A stretch of DNA of 64,000 bases. It comes from Sedimentisphaerales bacterium (GTDB lineage Bacteria > Planctomycetota > Phycisphaerae > Sedimentisphaerales > SM23-30). Positions 8,256-18,465 of this stretch are shown here, in pieces (the stretch's first letter is position 1; the number at the start of each line of letters is the position of its first letter). The stretch is from assembly GCA_963663805.2 (NCBI GenBank), contig CAXXMR010000012.1, positions 320,001 through 384,000 of the forward strand, in the 5' to 3' direction. Below the pieces are notes generated by a model. That model had not been told where the DNA came from and did not search any database. It saw only the letters and a list, made by a program, of their open reading frames with translations. A program made the translations under genes and the position numbers.

Positions 8256-10961
8256 TTATTTTAGTCCTTCGTCGGCCATTTTTTTTGCCGCGGCTAAGGC
8301 TTCGGCCAGTTTGGCTGGGTCTTTACCGCCTGCCTGGGCCATCTGAGGACGACCTCCTCCGCCTCCTCCGACAATCGGCGCGATATTCTTGACAATATCA
8401 CCGGCCTTGACCTTACTGACAAGGTCATCGGTTACCGCCGCGAAAAGCATGACCTTGCCGTCGGGGTCGGCCATTCCCAATACGACGACACTGGACGGTG
8501 CTTTTTTGCGGAACCAGTCTATTTGGGCCCGAACCGCTTCGACTGGTGCGGCGGGGATTTCGCCGATGACAATCTTCGCCCCGCCCGTTTCTTCTGCGTC
8601 AGCCAGTATTTTTTCTGCCACAGATTTCAAATCCGCCCCGGCACCTTTTTTCAATTGTTTATTGAGCTTCTTATTGTTTTCGATCAGGGTCTCGACCCGG
8701 ATTCGCAATTGTTCGGGTGTGGACTTTAGCAGGATGCAAAGGTCATCGACCTCGGCAGCTCGCTGATAAAGCATGGCGTTCAAGGCCCGGCCCGTCATTG
8801 CGGTAATACGACGCACACCGGTGGCGACGCTTTCTTCTTTGATTATCTTGAAAGTTCCGATCTCGATAGTATTATCGACGTGGGTTCCGCCGCAGAATTC
8901 CCGGCTAAAGGCTGTCTCCAAGTCGGCGTCTTCTTCTGCGCCAATAGCTAACACGCGTACTTTGTCACCATATTTTTCACTGAACAGGGCCATCGCACCC
9001 AGGTTGCGGGCTTCATCGATGGGTAAAACTTCAGAATGTACGTTATGGCCTTCACCAATTTTTTTGCGTACCAGTTTTTCGACTTCGCTAATCTGTTCGG
9101 CGGTCAAAGCCCTGGGATGCGTAAAATCGAAACGCAGATAGTCAGCCGTTACCAGCGAACCTTCCTGATGGGCATGTTTGCCCGCCACCTGCTGCAAAGC
9201 CCACTGCAATAAATGAGTTGCGGTATGATTGCGTTGGACATCGTCGCGTTCTGAATCAACGCGTACCGTTACCTCTGAGCCGATAGTCAGTCCTGCATCA
9301 GCGGTTGTTCCGTAATGGATGATCGCGGAGCCTGCCTTCTGGGTATCTTCAAACACAAACTTCCCTGTCCCCCATTCTACGGTCCCCTTATCACCGACCT
9401 GACCGCCTGATTCGGCGTAGGCACAGGTGCAATCCATTACGAGCCCGATTTTTTCGTTTGTCGGCACGGTTCCTTCGGAGCAATATTGACCTTCACGCAC
9501 ATAACCGAGCAGTTTTGCGGTGGCGTGACCAGTGTGATATTTGTCGCCATCAGCGGTGGCGGGCAAGATCTGGCTGAGGCTGTCGGCTTCGTAAACGGCA
9601 CTCTTTTGGGCCCCGCGGGCACGTTCTCGCTGCTGTTCCATAAAGGTTTCGAATCCGGCGACATCGACCGTCAGTCCTCTCTCCTCTGCCATCAACTGCG
9701 TCAAGTCCAGCGGAAAACCGTAAGTGTCGTACAGTCGGAAAGCTTTATCGCCGGCGAGGCATTTACCTCCCGCAGCGGTCAGTTCGGCTACGTCTGATTC
9801 AAAAATTTCAATGCCGCGTCCCAGCGTTCTGCCGAAACTGGCTTCTTCGGATTCAATCACGTTGGCAACATGCTCAGCCCGGCCGGTGAGCTCCGGATAA
9901 ACCTCGCCCATATATTCCACAATGGTCGGTACGATTTTATGCAAAAACGGTTCGTTAATATCGAGCAGCAAACCAAAACGGGTGGCGCGGCGCAAGATTC
10001 TGCGCAGGACATAACCGCGTCCGTCATTGCTGGGCAGGGCACCATCGGTGATTGCGAATGTCAGGGTGCGAATATGGTCTGAAATAACCCGAAAAGCATT
10101 ATCGACATCGTCGCCGAATTTGCCTGTATATTTTTTACCGCTAAGCTCGGCGATACGATTCAAAATGGGTGTAAACAAATCGGTGTCGTAATTACTGGTT
10201 TTGTTTTGCAGGACCGAGACTACGCGTTCCAGTCCCGCCCCCGTATCGACATGCTTAGCGGGCAGTTCTGTCAGCTTGCCCGTCTCGTCTCGGTTGTATT
10301 GAATAAACACCAGATTCCAAAGCTCGATATAGCGTCCGCACGGACCGTTGACCATACAAGTATGCGGCACATTCGTCTTGTCGCAGCGGCCGGGGCCCAA
10401 ATCCAGATGAATTTCACTGCAAGGTCCGCAGGGACCAACTTCGCCCATCTCCCAGAAATTGTCTTTACGGCCAAAACGCAAAACCCGCTCCGGGGCTATA
10501 TCGGTTTTTCCAATCCAGAGCTTCTCAGCTTCGTTGTCTACATTGAGCCCGTCGGCCTGGTCGCCTCCGAAAACCGTGACCCACAGATTTTTCTTGTCAA
10601 TCTTCCAGACTTCGGTCAGCAGTTCCCAGGCCCATTCAATAGCTTCAGCCTTGAAATAATCGCCGAAAGACCAGTTGCCCAGCATCTCAAAAAAAGTATG
10701 ATGGTAAGTGTCCTTGCCGACTTCTTCCAAATCATTATGCTTGCCGCTGACCCGAATGCATTTCTGACTGTTCGCCGCCCGTTTGCAGCTCGGTTCCCGC
10801 GAACCCAGGAAAATATCCTTGAACTGGTTCATGCCCGCGTTGGTAAACAACAAAGTAGGGTCTTCCAGCGGGACCACACTTGAACTAGCCACAAAATTAT
10901 GACCTTTTTTCTCGACAAAGAAGTCAATAAAACTCTTCCGGATTTCCTGAGAACTAAGCAC
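8256..10961 (-). CDS. alaS: Alanine--tRNA ligase
   Basis: DPTLLFTNAGMNQFK, HHTFFEMLGNWSFGDYFK, HTATHLL, EFCGGTHV, GGGGGRPQMAQAGG. Confidence 0.99.
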   Translation of the reverse strand: MLSSQEIRKSFIDFFVEKKGHNFVASSSVVPLEDPTLLFTNAGMNQFKDIFLGSREPSCKRAANSQKCIRVSGKHNDLEEVGKDTYHHTFFEMLGNWSFGDYFKAEAIEWAWELLTEVWKIDKKNLWVTVFGGDQADGLNVDNEAEKLWIGKTDIAPERVLRFGRKDNFWEMGEVGPCGPCSEIHLDLGPGRCDKTNVPHTCMVNGPCGRYIELWNLVFIQYNRDETGKLTELPAKHVDTGAGLERVVSVLQNKTSNYDTDLFTPILNRIAELSGKKYTGKFGDDVDNAFRVISDHIRTLTFAITDGALPSNDGRGYVLRRILRRATRFGLLLDINEPFLHKIVPTIVEYMGEVYPELTGRAEHVANVIESEEASFGRTLGRGIEIFESDVAELTAAGGKCLAGDKAFRLYDTYGFPLDLTQLMAEERGLTVDVAGFETFMEQQRERARGAQKSAVYEADSLSQILPATADGDKYHTGHATAKLLGYVREGQYCSEGTVPTNEKIGLVMDCTCAYAESGGQVGDKGTVEWGTGKFVFEDTQKAGSAIIHYGTTADAGLTIGSEVTVRVDSERDDVQRNHTATHLLQWALQQVAGKHAHQEGSLVTADYLRFDFTHPRALTAEQISEVEKLVRKKIGEGHNVHSEVLPIDEARNLGAMALFSEKYGDKVRVLAIGAEEDADLETAFSREFCGGTHVDNTIEIGTFKIIKEESVATGVRRITAMTGRALNAMLYQRAAEVDDLCILLKSTPEQLRIRVETLIENNKKLNKQLKKGAGADLKSVAEKILADAEETGGAKIVIGEIPAAPVEAVRAQIDWFRKKAPSSVVVLGMADPDGKVMLFAAVTDDLVSKVKAGDIVKNIAPIVGGGGGGRPQMAQAGGKDPAKLAEALAAAKKMADEGLK

Positions 10962-11000
10962 TATATCTTTCCTTTAATTCCTTACAACAAACAACAGATA

Positions 11001-11034
11001 TTTAACCGCGGATTACACGGATTTCGCGGATTTT
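11001..11034 (+). repeat. Short tandem CGGATT-type repeat, copy 1
   Basis: TTTAACCGCGGATTACACGGATTTCGCGGATTTT; similar to 27771-27806. Confidence 0.7.
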
Positions 11035-11049
11035 AAAGGCAATTAATCT

Positions 11050-11143
11050 TCTTTCGCCCCTTTAGGGCTTGTGGTTATTTTTGCCAATTGCTCCGGGGGA
11101 TTACGCCGCCCGGCTATTGTTCTGACGACCCCTTCGGGGCCTG
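11050..11143. repeat. REP-like hairpin cluster downstream of recA
   Basis: CGCCCCTTTAGGGCT ... CCGGGGGATTACGCCGCCCGG ... CGACCCCTTCGGGGC: two related small hairpins flanking a third. Confidence 0.55.
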
Positions 11144-11156
11144 GAACTACTATGTC

Positions 11157-12293
11157 TTACTTTTTCTTGCCGAGTTTCTTTTTGGTTTTGGCCGGTGCTT
11201 GCTCGACAACTTCTTCTTCTTCTTTTGCGGCTGCGACTGCCGCGACCGGCTCTGCGGCTTTGGCTTTAGCTTTGGTTCCCTTTTCCGTCAGGCCATGTTT
11301 TTCCAGAACCTTGCTGCGGAGTTCTTTGTAGAGGTCCGGGTTCTCCACCAGGAAATCCTTGGCTTTTTCGCGACCCTGGCCGATGGTCAATTCACCATAA
11401 CGCAGAAACGCCCCGCTCTTACCAAGTATCTCTTCCTTGACCGCCAAATCAATCATATCACCTTCGGCGCTGATGCCCCGGTCAAACATAATATCAAGTT
11501 CCGCGTCGCGGAAAGGCGGGGCGACCTTATTTTTAACAACCCGCACCCTCACTCGATTGCCAACCGCGCCATCGCCAGCCTTGATTGTACTAATCCGGCG
11601 TACATCGAGCCGCACCGAACTATAAAACTTCAGTGCCCGTCCGCCGGGTGTCGTTTCCGGATTGCCGAACATAACCCCGATTTTTTCGCGAATCTGATTG
11701 ATGAAAATCAGACATGATTTACTCTTACTGATAACCGCGGTAAGTTTGCGCATGGCCTGGCTCATCATACGCGCCTGCAAACCAACATGCGCATCGCCGA
11801 TCTCGCCTTTGAGTTCCGCCTGCGGTATCAACGCCGCCACCGAATCCACCACGATAAAATCAACCGCGTTGGAGCGTACCAGCATTTCCACGATATTGAG
11901 AGCCTGCTCACCGCTGTCGGGCTGCGAGACCAGCAGCGACTCCAGATTAACCCCGATACTCTTGGCCCAGGTCGGGTCCAGAGCGTGTTCAGCGTCAATA
12001 AACGCCGCCACTCCGCCCGCCCGCTGGGCCTGAGCCACACAATTCAACGCCAGGGTAGTTTTACCCGAAGACTCAGGGCCAAATATTTCGATGATACGTC
12101 CTTTGGGTAGACCACGTCCTCCCAGTGCCAAATCCAGCGAAAGAGCGCCCGTGCTAATCCCCTCAACCTGGCTCATACTATCCTCGTCCAGGTGCATAAT
12201 CGTACCTTCACCAAACTGCTTCTCTATCGCACTGAGGGTACGATCCAGGGCATTTCCCTGAGTTCCGCTGCTTTTGTCCGCTGCTTTTGCCAT
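11157..12293 (-). CDS. recA: Recombinase A
   Basis: [58 protein letters not shown] 12293 with AAGGAG SD. Confidence 0.99.
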   Translation of the reverse strand: MAKAADKSSGTQGNALDRTLSAIEKQFGEGTIMHLDEDSMSQVEGISTGALSLDLALGGRGLPKGRIIEIFGPESSGKTTLALNCVAQAQRAGGVAAFIDAEHALDPTWAKSIGVNLESLLVSQPDSGEQALNIVEMLVRSNAVDFIVVDSVAALIPQAELKGEIGDAHVGLQARMMSQAMRKLTAVISKSKSCLIFINQIREKIGVMFGNPETTPGGRALKFYSSVRLDVRRISTIKAGDGAVGNRVRVRVVKNKVAPPFRDAELDIMFDRGISAEGDMIDLAVKEEILGKSGAFLRYGELTIGQGREKAKDFLVENPDLYKELRSKVLEKHGLTEKGTKAKAKAAEPVAAVAAAKEEEEVVEQAPAKTKKKLGKKK

Positions 12294-12574
12294 CTGACGC
12301 TCCTTATCGCTTGCGAATCCATCCTTACCAATAACGAATCGGGGCATTTTAGCGTTTTGTTCGGGTTATGTCACCACCAAATCCCCCATATTTCCAACCC
12401 CGACACAACCCCATTAACAGAAAAGAGTTACTACCGCCAACCCCAAAATAAAATAAAACCGCCAACAGAAGCCGAGCCGCGTAAGTGGCCGGACCGAATA
12501 CCATCCAACCAGCCCCCCCCAACCAAAGGTCCAAAACGTCAACACCGCAATCCAATCACCAGTTCCAAACCCGC

Positions 12575-14137
12575 CTAATTCGTTACCAGCCAGTTCCCCT
12601 CAACCACCGAAAAATCCCGCAGATTGACAATCCCGTCCCCAGCTTCCGGGGCCAAATCATATTCGCTGTTCCAGCCCGGCAGACTGTTATCCAGCAGCCA
12701 CACTCCCGCCAAAACCGCTAAATCACCTGCGTCCACGGCATTATCGCCGTTGAGATCACCTGCCACACTGCCCGGTATGATTCGTTCCAGCTCCAGTGCC
12801 GGGTCCGGGTCCAGAAGCATCCCGCCGGCCCGCAATACCATGTTATACTCCGTAAACAGATTCATCCCGATTATCCCGTCCAGCGTACCGCCTTCAGGCG
12901 ACGATACATCCAGCAGTACCACCGGCACATTCGTGAATGTCAGCCACTCACCCAAGGCCGGCAGCTCCAGCTTATCAATATAAAACGCCGGCATATCCAG
13001 GCTCTCGCCGTTGACACCCTCGACCTCAACCAGAAAATCCGGGTTCGCCGGGTCAATCCCCAACCGGGCCCCGATACGACTGCCGATTACCGTAACCTGA
13101 GCCCCCGTATCCAGCATAAAACGATTCTTATCAATAGCCGAACGCTCCCCGTCATATAAATCCACACTCGATACAAAATACAGACTCTGTGAACCCAACC
13201 CCATCACAATCGAAGGAGTCTGCGGCTGAACTTCATCACCCAGAATAATCCCCTCAAGATTAGGCGCATACTGCACTGCCTGAGCCCCCAAAGGACGAAG
13301 CTCCAGCGGCACAACTATATCGTACTGCGGCACCAAACTGGAATATTCATCATGAAACGTTATGTTCGGAGCAATATATTCATTGCCATATCGATTAACC
13401 GTTATCATATTTTCATTGTCAAAAACCGCCGTGTAAAACACCGCCAGCGGCATCCCCAAAGCCGTCGGCAGGTTCGGCGTGGAAACCTTGCCCAGCCCAA
13501 TCGAAACATTATACTCGCCCACCATATCCGACAAATCCAGCGTGCCGTTCGGCTCAATCGCCCCTAATCCATCGACATATAAAGCGAACGGCAGCGAAAC
13601 ATCCGCGTAAATCGAACCGGTCACGCCCTGAATCTCGATTTCATAATCACCCCGCAAACTGGAACCGATTCCCAGCCGCGTCGCGTTATCGGAACCCATA
13701 ACATGCGCCCCCGCACCCGTATCGAACAGCCCAATACCATAATCCTGCGTCGGGTCAGAAACCAAATGACTGCCCAGAATATATGAACTGGCCACCGCGG
13801 TAGAGTCCAGGTCATCATACTGCCGCTTGTTCGTCGCCGCGATAGCAATCCACGGCACAAAACCTGCGATTGGCGGAGAATCGATAACATTCGCTAATAC
13901 CGCATTCTGCCCCTCGACCAACAGCTCCTCCGTCAGAGCTTTATCGGACTGAGTTACCACCGGCAAATCCCCGCCTGCCGGATATTTAATTCCCGTTATC
14001 CGCCCCTCGCCCGGCATAAATATATCCACCGGCTGGATATTCCATGACTGTGACCATCCCCACGCCGATAGCGACAGGACAACAAATAAAACATATAACA
14101 CTCTGTCAAATGATGAAATACGAAATTCTTTTTGCAT
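12575..14137 (-). CDS. Secreted aspartic protease (two retropepsin-like lobes) with dockerin-like C-terminus
   Basis: Signal peptide; LFDTGA and MLDTGA; DGIIGMNL; GDLNGDNAVDAGDL...WL repeat pair. Confidence 0.8.
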   Translation of the reverse strand: MQKEFRISSFDRVLYVLFVVLSLSAWGWSQSWNIQPVDIFMPGEGRITGIKYPAGGDLPVVTQSDKALTEELLVEGQNAVLANVIDSPPIAGFVPWIAIAATNKRQYDDLDSTAVASSYILGSHLVSDPTQDYGIGLFDTGAGAHVMGSDNATRLGIGSSLRGDYEIEIQGVTGSIYADVSLPFALYVDGLGAIEPNGTLDLSDMVGEYNVSIGLGKVSTPNLPTALGMPLAVFYTAVFDNENMITVNRYGNEYIAPNITFHDEYSSLVPQYDIVVPLELRPLGAQAVQYAPNLEGIILGDEVQPQTPSIVMGLGSQSLYFVSSVDLYDGERSAIDKNRFMLDTGAQVTVIGSRIGARLGIDPANPDFLVEVEGVNGESLDMPAFYIDKLELPALGEWLTFTNVPVVLLDVSSPEGGTLDGIIGMNLFTEYNMVLRAGGMLLDPDPALELERIIPGSVAGDLNGDNAVDAGDLAVLAGVWLLDNSLPGWNSEYDLAPEAGDGIVNLRDFSVVEGNWLVTN

Positions 14138-14246
14138 AACATTTTCCCGGTCGCCCAGTAGAGTAAATATTTTCGCTCAGATTACTGCTATCGGCTTACC
14201 AATCGCAGTTCTAAACATCACATTGTCGTTTTTGCCTTCTAGTTGG

Positions 14247-14276
14247 ATTATATAAAAAACAACTGCCGCAAGTCAA
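14247..14276 (-). promoter_or_regulatory. Putative sigma70 promoter of the aspartic protease gene
   Basis: TTGACT-N18-TATAAT on the minus strand. Confidence 0.5.
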
Positions 14277-14655
14277 TTAATCTGATGCTTATGTTGTTCG
14301 CGGAAAAAACCGAAAAAGAACTCAGGTTATTTTATTGACTTTAGTGACGCCGATGCTGAGAATTTCCCCAAATGGTATTTGAAGGCAGATATGAAGCTCA
14401 GTTCTAATAAGTCGTTGTTGTTTTCGACGGTAAATAAACAGGACGGTCAACCACGACCAGCCCTGGCCGAGACGTTCTGCGGCAATAGAAAACGCTGTTC
14501 ATTTTTGTTACAGCCCGATAAGGGCTTGGGGCGGGATTCCAGAAGGCTATAGCGGATAATCACATCTGCGGCAGCTTACTCGGCGGGGAAGTTACCTCTC
14601 TTGTGTATCATTAATTACCTTATTTGGTACAGTTAATTTTTTATCGAGTTTTTTT

Positions 14656-16392
14656 ATGACTATGTTCGTGCCCAAGCTGATTACGGAGCTTAAATCGTAT
14701 AACCGGGAAAAAGCCGTAAGTGATATTTTCGCTGGTCTGACCGTGGGAGTTGTGGCCTTGCCCCTGGCAATGGCCTTTGCTATTGCCAGCGACCTGCCCC
14801 CGGAAAGAGGCCTCTTCACCGCTATTGTTGCGGGGTTTATCATCTCTGCCCTGGGAGGCAGCAAAGTACAGATAGGCGGACCGACAGGGGCATTCGTAGT
14901 ACTGGTCTCATCAGTGCTGGCCCAGTTCGGCTATGAGGGACTGGCGCTCTGCACCATCATCGCTGGAGTATTCCTGCTCCTGTTCGGGCTGTTCCGACTC
15001 GGTGGAATGATTAAGTTCATTCCCTTCCCTGTAACAGTTGGATTCACCGCCGGCATCGCCGTGGTAATACTCTCGACCCAGATAAGGGACCTGCTCGGCC
15101 TGACAATGACAGAGGTTCCCTCGGAGTTTCTGGATAAATGGCGAACCTACCTGAACCATTTATCAACCATCAACTGGCAGGCAACCGCACTGGGAATTGG
15201 CACAATAGTCATGATAGTGATTATCCGACGTTATTTACCCAAAATCCCCGCCATGCTCGCCGCTATGCTCGCGGCGACACTGGCAGCTTATTTTCTGCAT
15301 CTGGAGGTCGAAACCATCGGCAGCAGGTTCGGAGAACTGCCCCGAATGCTGCCCAGACCCTGTTTTCCTGCATTTGACCTGGAACATATAGGCCCTTTGG
15401 TTAAGCCGGCCTTTACCATAGCACTTTTGGCGGCAATAGAATCACTCTTATCAGCTACAGTCGCCGACGGCATGATAGGGGGACGACATCGACCAAATAT
15501 GGAACTCATTGGTCAGGGAGCAGCCAACATTGTTAGTATTATCTTCGGAGGAATCCCCGCCACTGGAGCTATCGCCCGAACCGCCACAAATGTTAAAAGC
15601 GGCGCACGTACCCCCGTCGCCGGAATTATCCATGCCATAACACTTCTGTTGCTGCTGATGCTCTTGGCTCCCTTTGCCAAACTCATACCGTTGGCAGCTC
15701 TGGCGGGCATCCTGGTCGTGGTCAGTTATAACATGAGCGAGATTCGCCATTTCGCGACCATAATACGCGGACCACGCAGTGACGCACTGGTGCTGGTGCT
15801 GACATTCCTGCTTACCGTCATTGTCGATCTTACCGTAGCGGTACAGGTGGGAGTGGTGCTGGCGTCATTCCTCTTTATTCGACGCATGTCCGAAATCGCT
15901 AACGTCGGCATGATTACCCGCGAGATTCAGGGTGATGACAATGGTAAGGAAGACCCCAACGCCCTGGCCCTGCGGGAAGTGCCCGACCAGGTCGAAGTCT
16001 TTGAGGTCAACGGTCCCTTTTTCTTTGGCATGATAGACACCTTCAAAAATGCCGTCCGGGGCATGGAAAAAGATGTCAAAGTCCTGATTATTCGTATGCG
16101 CTATGTGCTGGTCGTTGACGGCACTGCCCTGCACGTACTGCGCGAATTACATACCCGCTGTAATAAGGACAATATCCACCTGGTATTCTCCGGGGTCCAT
16201 ACCCAACCCCTGATAGCCTTTGAACAGTCTGGTTTTCTTAAGGAAGTCGGAATCGAAAACTGTCAGGGAAATATTGACGATGCCCTCAACCGGGCACGCA
16301 CCCTGCTGGGATTACCAACCATAGAAATCCACAGACCCTTTGTCCCCACGGTATCGAGGGAAGCAAAAGGTCAGAAAACTTTCCCAGATTAA
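14656..16392 (+). CDS. SulP family anion transporter with STAS domain
   Basis: AGLTVGVVALPLAMAFAIAS, QIGGPTGAF, ESLLSATVAD, PATGAIART; C-terminal GPFFFG STAS. Confidence 0.95.
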   Translation: MTMFVPKLITELKSYNREKAVSDIFAGLTVGVVALPLAMAFAIASDLPPERGLFTAIVAGFIISALGGSKVQIGGPTGAFVVLVSSVLAQFGYEGLALCTIIAGVFLLLFGLFRLGGMIKFIPFPVTVGFTAGIAVVILSTQIRDLLGLTMTEVPSEFLDKWRTYLNHLSTINWQATALGIGTIVMIVIIRRYLPKIPAMLAAMLAATLAAYFLHLEVETIGSRFGELPRMLPRPCFPAFDLEHIGPLVKPAFTIALLAAIESLLSATVADGMIGGRHRPNMELIGQGAANIVSIIFGGIPATGAIARTATNVKSGARTPVAGIIHAITLLLLLMLLAPFAKLIPLAALAGILVVVSYNMSEIRHFATIIRGPRSDALVLVLTFLLTVIVDLTVAVQVGVVLASFLFIRRMSEIANVGMITREIQGDDNGKEDPNALALREVPDQVEVFEVNGPFFFGMIDTFKNAVRGMEKDVKVLIIRMRYVLVVDGTALHVLRELHTRCNKDNIHLVFSGVHTQPLIAFEQSGFLKEVGIENCQGNIDDALNRARTLLGLPTIEIHRPFVPTVSREAKGQKTFPD

Positions 16393-16515
16393 CAGCACCA
16401 TATTGCCACTTCGACAAAGACGTACTAACAGATTTGACTTGCCCAAAACCCGGAAGGGAAGTTACCATTAAGCGAGTTGTTTTACTAAAACGGTAACTTG
16501 TCGGAAAATTCCGTC

Positions 16516-16615
16516 TAAAAACACGATTTTTGGCATAAAAACACGTCTTTTTCCAAAAAAACGCGACTTTTTGTCGAAAAATCGGTCTTCTCCGGCAAAA
16601 ATGCGCTCATTTTTC
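16516..16615. repeat. Five degenerate 20-bp units with alternating A and T tracts
   Basis: A-tracts end at 16521, 16541, 16561, 16581, 16601; T-rich tracts midway. Confidence 0.7.
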
Positions 16616-16625
16616 GAGAATCTAT

Positions 16626-17975
16626 ATGGACTCATCAGGGTATATCCCAAAAAACCAGGACCGATTTCTGGCTGAATTATGCGAATTTATGAGTTTTGCC
16701 TCGGTGAGCGCTCAGGAAAAACACCAAAACGATGTCCGGGCCTGTGCCAATTGGCTGGCCGACCATTTGAAAAATATGGGCCTGACAGTTGAGATAATAA
16801 AAACCCAGGGCAATCCCATTATTAAAGCCTCTATGGGAAAAGGGTTACGAAAGATAGTTATTTATGGTCATTACGATGTTCAGCCGCCTGAGCCCCTGGA
16901 ATTGTGGCAGAGCAAACCCTTCGAGCCCGAAATTCGCGACGGATACCTCTATGGCCGCGGAGCCAGCGATGATAAAGGCCAGCTCTTCGCCCATGTTAAG
17001 GCTGTGGAAACTCTTATTAAACAAGGGATTAAGCCTGATTATGAGATAATTTTCGTTATCGAGGGTGAAGAAGAATGCAACGGCGAGTCACTGGAAAAAT
17101 GGCTCGTCGGAGCGGGGGCAGAGTTGAAACCAGAGGCTGTCTTCATCTCCGACTGCTCTATGTACAATGAGGCGACACCTGCCATAACTTACGGTCTTAG
17201 AGGGATTTGTGCTCTTGAAATTGGTATTTTTTCCGCCAGCCGCGACTTGCACTCCGGCTGTTTCGGCGGCGCGGTCGCCAACCCGGCAATAGTACTGTCA
17301 AGAATGCTCGCCCATTGTGTAACCCAGGACGGCAGAATAATGATACCCGGCTTTTACGAAGATGTAGTACCTCTAACCGACCAGGAAAGAGAAACCTTCG
17401 CTGCCCTGAAACACGACGACCAAAAATTCGCCGCCGGCCTGGGTCTCGTAAGGCCTTTTGGGGAAGCATGTTATACAACTTTAGAGCGACTATGGGCCCG
17501 CCCTACTTTTGAGATTAACGGTTTGTGGAGCGGCTATAGCGGGCCGGGCAACAAAACCATTATTCCTTCATCTGCCCAGGCCAAAATAACCATGCGGCTG
17601 GTCCCAAATCAGGATCCGGAAAAGATTTTTGAGTTTACGAGTAAGCACCTGCAAGAGATTTGCCCCGATACTGTCCGATTGGAAATCAAGGGACCAACAG
17701 GACTTGCGCCCGGAGTGCTGATCGACACAAACTGTTCAGCCGTCCAAACCACCCAGTCAGCTCTAAAAGCGGCCTTTGGCAATGAAGCCGTTCTGATACG
17801 CGAAGGCGGCTCTATTCCGGTCGTGGCTAGTTTTGCCCAGCAGTGGCAATGTCCGGTTGTACTGATGGGTTTGGGACTAGCTGCTGACAGTATTCACGCC
17901 CCTAATGAACGTTTCAAAATGGACAATTTTCTTAAGGGTATTGACGCCAGCACAATTCTGCTGAGCAGTCTGTAA
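16626..17975 (+). CDS. M20 family dipeptidase
   Basis: YGHYDVQP, GRGASDDKGQ, EGEEE, DLHSG, GGSIP, IHAPNE. Confidence 0.93.
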   Translation: MDSSGYIPKNQDRFLAELCEFMSFASVSAQEKHQNDVRACANWLADHLKNMGLTVEIIKTQGNPIIKASMGKGLRKIVIYGHYDVQPPEPLELWQSKPFEPEIRDGYLYGRGASDDKGQLFAHVKAVETLIKQGIKPDYEIIFVIEGEEECNGESLEKWLVGAGAELKPEAVFISDCSMYNEATPAITYGLRGICALEIGIFSASRDLHSGCFGGAVANPAIVLSRMLAHCVTQDGRIMIPGFYEDVVPLTDQERETFAALKHDDQKFAAGLGLVRPFGEACYTTLERLWARPTFEINGLWSGYSGPGNKTIIPSSAQAKITMRLVPNQDPEKIFEFTSKHLQEICPDTVRLEIKGPTGLAPGVLIDTNCSAVQTTQSALKAAFGNEAVLIREGGSIPVVASFAQQWQCPVVLMGLGLAADSIHAPNERFKMDNFLKGIDASTILLSSL

Positions 17976-17977
17976 AA

Positions 17978-18012
17978 AAACCTCGCTATAATATGATGTT
18001 ATAGCGAGGTTT
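17978..18012. terminator. Bidirectional intrinsic terminator (M20 / tRNA-Tyr)
   Basis: AAACCTCGCTATAA ... TTATAGCGAGGTTT inverted repeat flanked by A/T runs between convergent genes. Confidence 0.8.
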
Positions 18013-18019
18013 ATGTCAC

Positions 18020-18102
18020 TGGGCCGAGTTGGATTCGAACCAACGTAGGCTCACGCCAACGGGTTTACAGCCCGTTCCCTTTAGCCACTCGGGCATCGAC
18101 CC
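18020..18102 (-). tRNA. tRNA-Tyr (GTA)
   Basis: GGGTCGA/TCGGCCC acceptor stem, CTGTAAA anticodon loop, long variable arm, TTCGAAT T-loop; CCA not encoded. Confidence 0.96.
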
Positions 18103-18130
18103 ATCACGGCATTAACCGTGAAGAGCAGAT

Positions 18131-18159
18131 AATCTACATAATATTTCGCTTCAATGCAA
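18131..18159 (-). promoter_or_regulatory. Putative promoter of tRNA-Tyr
   Basis: TTGCAT-N17-TAGATT. Confidence 0.5.
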
Positions 18160-18220
18160 GAACCAGTTTGGGAAAAAATCACGGCATTCAAATAAAATTC
18201 TGAATAGCCATTTTTGAGAG

Positions 18221-18249
18221 TTGACAGAGCCCTTCTCTTTTCGTACATT
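18221..18249 (+). promoter_or_regulatory. sigma70 promoter of tRNA-Val
   Basis: TTGACA-N17-TACATT, 15 nt upstream of the tRNA. Confidence 0.75.
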
Positions 18250-18264
18250 ATCAAACCTTGACAC

Positions 18265-18338
18265 GGGCGATTAGCTCAGTTGGCTAGAGCGCCTGCCTTA
18301 CAAGCAGGATGTCACAGGTTCAAGTCCTGTATTGCCCA
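18265..18338 (+). tRNA. tRNA-Val (TAC)
   Basis: GGGCGAT/ATTGCCC acceptor stem, TAGCTCAGTTGG D-arm, CCTGC-CTTACAA-GCAGG anticodon arm, TTCAAGT T-loop. Confidence 0.96.
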
Positions 18339-18465
18339 TTTTTTTCAGGTATGTCCCGTTAAGTTCGTCCTGCGCCGCCCAACGCATTTTAGTTTATCCT
18401 TCCAACTGTCAGCCCAAAGGTTGGCTGAAACACCCGTCAAAAGTAAGCGAAAGAAAGGGTCTATC

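Noticed and set aside
11157..11290. Lys/Ala/Glu-rich RecA C-terminal tail as a novel domain
   Set aside because: RecA tails are highly variable and low-complexity; there is no further support.
14335..14655. Riboswitch or leader peptide in the long region upstream of SulP
   Set aside because: I recognise no riboswitch consensus, and the 53-codon ORF at 14391 has no recognisable features; an Rfam scan is needed.
18280..18465. N-terminal extension of the sialidase ORF
   Set aside because: It overlaps tRNA-Val; the signal peptide begins at ATG 18466.
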